From Lingula anatina (lineage: Eukaryota; Animalia; Brachiopoda), in the NCBI GenBank assembly GCA_051362555.1, contig CM120644.1, forward strand, positions 11,678,567 to 11,742,566: a DNA stretch of 64,000 nucleotides. Reading direction: 5' to 3'. Made by a program: the position numbers and the translations under genes. Positions 61,479 to 64,000 of the stretch are shown here, piece after piece. The number at the start of each line of letters is the position of its first letter. Position 1 is the stretch's first letter. Under the pieces are notes generated by a model. It ran no database searches, had not been told where the DNA came from, and worked only from the letters and a program-made list of their open reading frames with translations.

Positions 61479-63097
61479 GATTCATTATTCATTTTGCTTC
61501 AAAGACTTTCACATGAAACTTGTGTTTAGATAAACAGCCCAATTTTTATTATAAATATAATAATTATATGTTTTTCATATATAGCGCTACAACTGTTCTT
61601 GGCAGACTAGTCCATAGATTACCAAAGGGTCTTCACTGTTGAACATGTGCATTGTACAATGATTTGCCAAATGAAAAAATGTTTAGTTTTAGTGAAGATT
61701 TTACAATTTGTGACTGTGTATTTTTATATGATCTTAAACTTATGTACATTTTGATACCTAATATTTACAAACGTATATATAATTATGTATACATTTATAC
61801 TATTTTTGATACAATGGTATATTGATGCATATTTGATATGTTCTTTTTTAGCAAATGAAAGGGAACATTTCTTGTTGAATTGAATGCTGAAATCCAGAAA
61901 GTTACCTGGATATGTATATACACAGCCTTATTTAATTGGTTTGATTCTATAACTTTTCATGTTTACATGCAGGGTTGAAGAACAATTTATTGAAGACATT
62001 AAACCATACGCAATACATTAATTCCAATTTTCATTTCAGTTTTTCCAGATGATTCTTACTGCTTTTACCATTTTAGCAGAAACTCATAATTTTACCTTTT
62101 TTATGACTACTAAGACTCAACCCTCGTTGAGGGTTTGATTTCAGATTAAAAGTTTGTTACAAGATGATATTATTTATTTATTTTTATTATTTTTTTTGTT
62201 ATCTGATATATACAGCTTTTGGAAAGCAGTGGGACAACTTACTTTCATTGTAAACAAAGTTTAACAACTGTGTTTGTGTGCCATTCAAGTACTTGTATAT
62301 CTATGCGTTACCTGAATGTAATGAAAAAGAGGGTATTACCATTGAATGTAGCGGTTTCATTTGGTTTCTGATGTATTGGAAGGAGAGATTTATATTATAT
62401 TATAGAATCAAATAAACAGTTTTTTATTCTCGTATTTTGCATTATCTTCTCATTTCTGAATTGTGCTAAATGATTTTATTCACGAAAAGTTCAATTATAA
62501 TGAATACAACTGTAACGACATTAACATAGTTCGAACACTTCGCTTAATGCAGTTTTCCAAAAATTTACAGGAAACACAAATAATTGTTTGTTTAAATTAA
62601 GTCAATCCCAAAGTTTTACCAGCTTTATACCAGGGCTTATTCCATATACATCTAAGTAAAATGTCAAAATTGTGGTCAGTGATTGATATTGTATTTTCAA
62701 CCAAAACTTGGTGCTGATGCAATGTAGATGCTTCTTCCAATGATCACGCCCAGCGTTTTTTACGGCAGTAGCCGAGTTAAACGTGATCGCATTATATCAA
62801 GTGTTATGCAATAACTCCGAGTCGTAGTTGTTGGTGCATCTGAATATATACAGTTTAATTTATGTACCAGTACATTGTGTGCAAAGCTATGTACAATTGT
62901 GAATAATACTCAAAGTAATCTCAAAGTTACAGTTCAAGTCTTTCTTTTTGCTGTTGATGGGGTCCCATTGGATGGTGAAGTCCATTTTGAGCCAATGTTT
63001 TTCCTATTTTCTTCAGCCTCCGTCTCTCATCAATCTTTACAATCTATATGTGAACTTATATTGCGCAAAAGAAACACTGTACAAGTTTATTGCTGAA

Positions 63098-64000
63098 TCA
63101 TTTCCAATATTTCTCCTCCCCTGCTGCCATTTTCATCAGCTTGACTGTCATTTCGGCGTGCTTAATGGCGTTCACTTCGCAAACCCAGTTGGTCCCATAG
63201 TCAAGGTTGTAACAGAAGCGACCACGAAATTTATGCAAGTAATGATAAAACAGTTTGGGCACCTTCTGCATCGCAGTGGAGGTGACAATTCTCGTGGCGT
63301 GAACATTATCGTCTGCTTCACCAGGAGGACAATGCTTGTCACAGTCTCCTATGTTGGATGTAGCCATATCATATTTACACTTATCAGATGCTAACAATCC
63401 TTTCACACTGTTATCGTCTGGTAAAAGATGACCGCGGATTTTACAACCCTGAATCATATCTCCGTTGTGAAAACTCGCGTGGAGTGTCTGTTTTGAGCAT
63501 TTGGCCAATCCCCAAAATGATTGGTAAGTGGCTACTGCAGGAACACTCACTGTTATGTACGTTAAGCCAATGAAAAGGCCGAACGCATTTTGAAACTCGG
63601 GTGGCAGGAATCGTCGCATATTAACCGCGTGGGAGGTAGGGACATCTACTGGTCGTGGCGTAGCTCCTTCATTAATGGCATTAACAAGAGCAATCGAAGC
63701 AGCAGCCACCAAGGCACCATGAACAGTTGTCTGGTGTTCTTTGCACTTTGCAATAATCCTTTCTGTCTCTGAAATTGTGAACACTAAAGCTACTGTCTTC
63801 GTATATCCCTCGCCTGAATTTGGTGGTGGCGGAAAACGCTGCAAGTACGGGCTGTGGTACGGAAATAAACTTCGTATTCTTTCTTTTATCACGTGGTAAT
63901 AGTCTGTCCACCTGAATGCCATCTTGTCTTGGGGCAAGAGAGACTCCGTGTTTGGATGGAATGTGACGACTTCGTCATTCTCAATGGGGTCGTTTTTCGA
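63098..64000 (-). CDS. C-terminal part of a CoA-dependent acyltransferase (alcohol acetyltransferase / condensation / PapA5-like fold); 5'-partial
   Basis: The frame stays open from the window edge (SKNDPIENDEVV...) to TGA at 63098 with no intron. Motifs KCKEHQTTVHGALVAAA, HAVNMRRFL, FWGLAK, TSNIG are typical of the C-terminal half; the HxxxDG motif would lie outside the window. Confidence 0.75.
   Translation of the reverse strand, partial: SKNDPIENDEVVTFHPNTESLLPQDKMAFRWTDYYHVIKERIRSLFPYHSPYLQRFPPPPNSGEGYTKTVALVFTISETERIIAKCKEHQTTVHGALVAAASIALVNAINEGATPRPVDVPTSHAVNMRRFLPPEFQNAFGLFIGLTYITVSVPAVATYQSFWGLAKCSKQTLHASFHNGDMIQGCKIRGHLLPDDNSVKGLLASDKCKYDMATSNIGDCDKHCPPGEADDNVHATRIVTSTAMQKVPKLFYHYLHKFRGRFCYNLDYGTNWVCEVNAIKHAEMTVKLMKMAAGEEKYWK

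Noticed and set aside
55762-62400. Short ORFs downstream of RBM33 as additional genes
   Set aside because: AT-rich, no domains and no consistent exon chain; better explained as 3' UTR or intergenic sequence.

Overview
AT-rich, intron-containing animal DNA, most consistent with a lophotrochozoan invertebrate (mollusc/brachiopod/annelid); the species cannot be fixed from the sequence. Hand-spliced genes, left to right: the last three exons of a legumain/caspase-fold (clan CD)-like protein that seems to lack the catalytic dyad (+, 3255-4889); a two-exon 174-aa gene joining a basic histone-tail-like N-terminus to a Tc1/IS630-type transposase HTH with no DDE domain (-, 6765-7535); a possible small secreted-peptide gene (+, ~8.4-9.3 kb); a 5'-truncated Jockey-like LINE with a 9-bp TSD (10702-14334), apparently inserted just downstream of a TATA promoter; an 11-exon chitin synthase with a ~310-aa insertion inside its catalytic domain (+, 14757-24659); two identical tRNA-Lys(CTT) genes in a tandem duplication; a TLR relic and an intact two-exon Toll-like receptor (+, 30127-33174); a LINE 3' fragment; a 19-coding-exon RBM33 orthologue (+, 37978-55761) whose introns hold two Helentron-type (HINE) elements carrying 161-bp and 146-bp satellites; and the 3' part of an alcohol-acetyltransferase/condensation-fold gene (-, 63098 to the window edge). 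Several MITEs and microsatellites are also present. The best novelty candidate is the transposase-HTH/histone-tail gene, followed by the chitin synthase insertion and the clan CD pseudo-protease with an upstream TCF-site cluster. All family calls come from motif recognition by eye; no database search was run.
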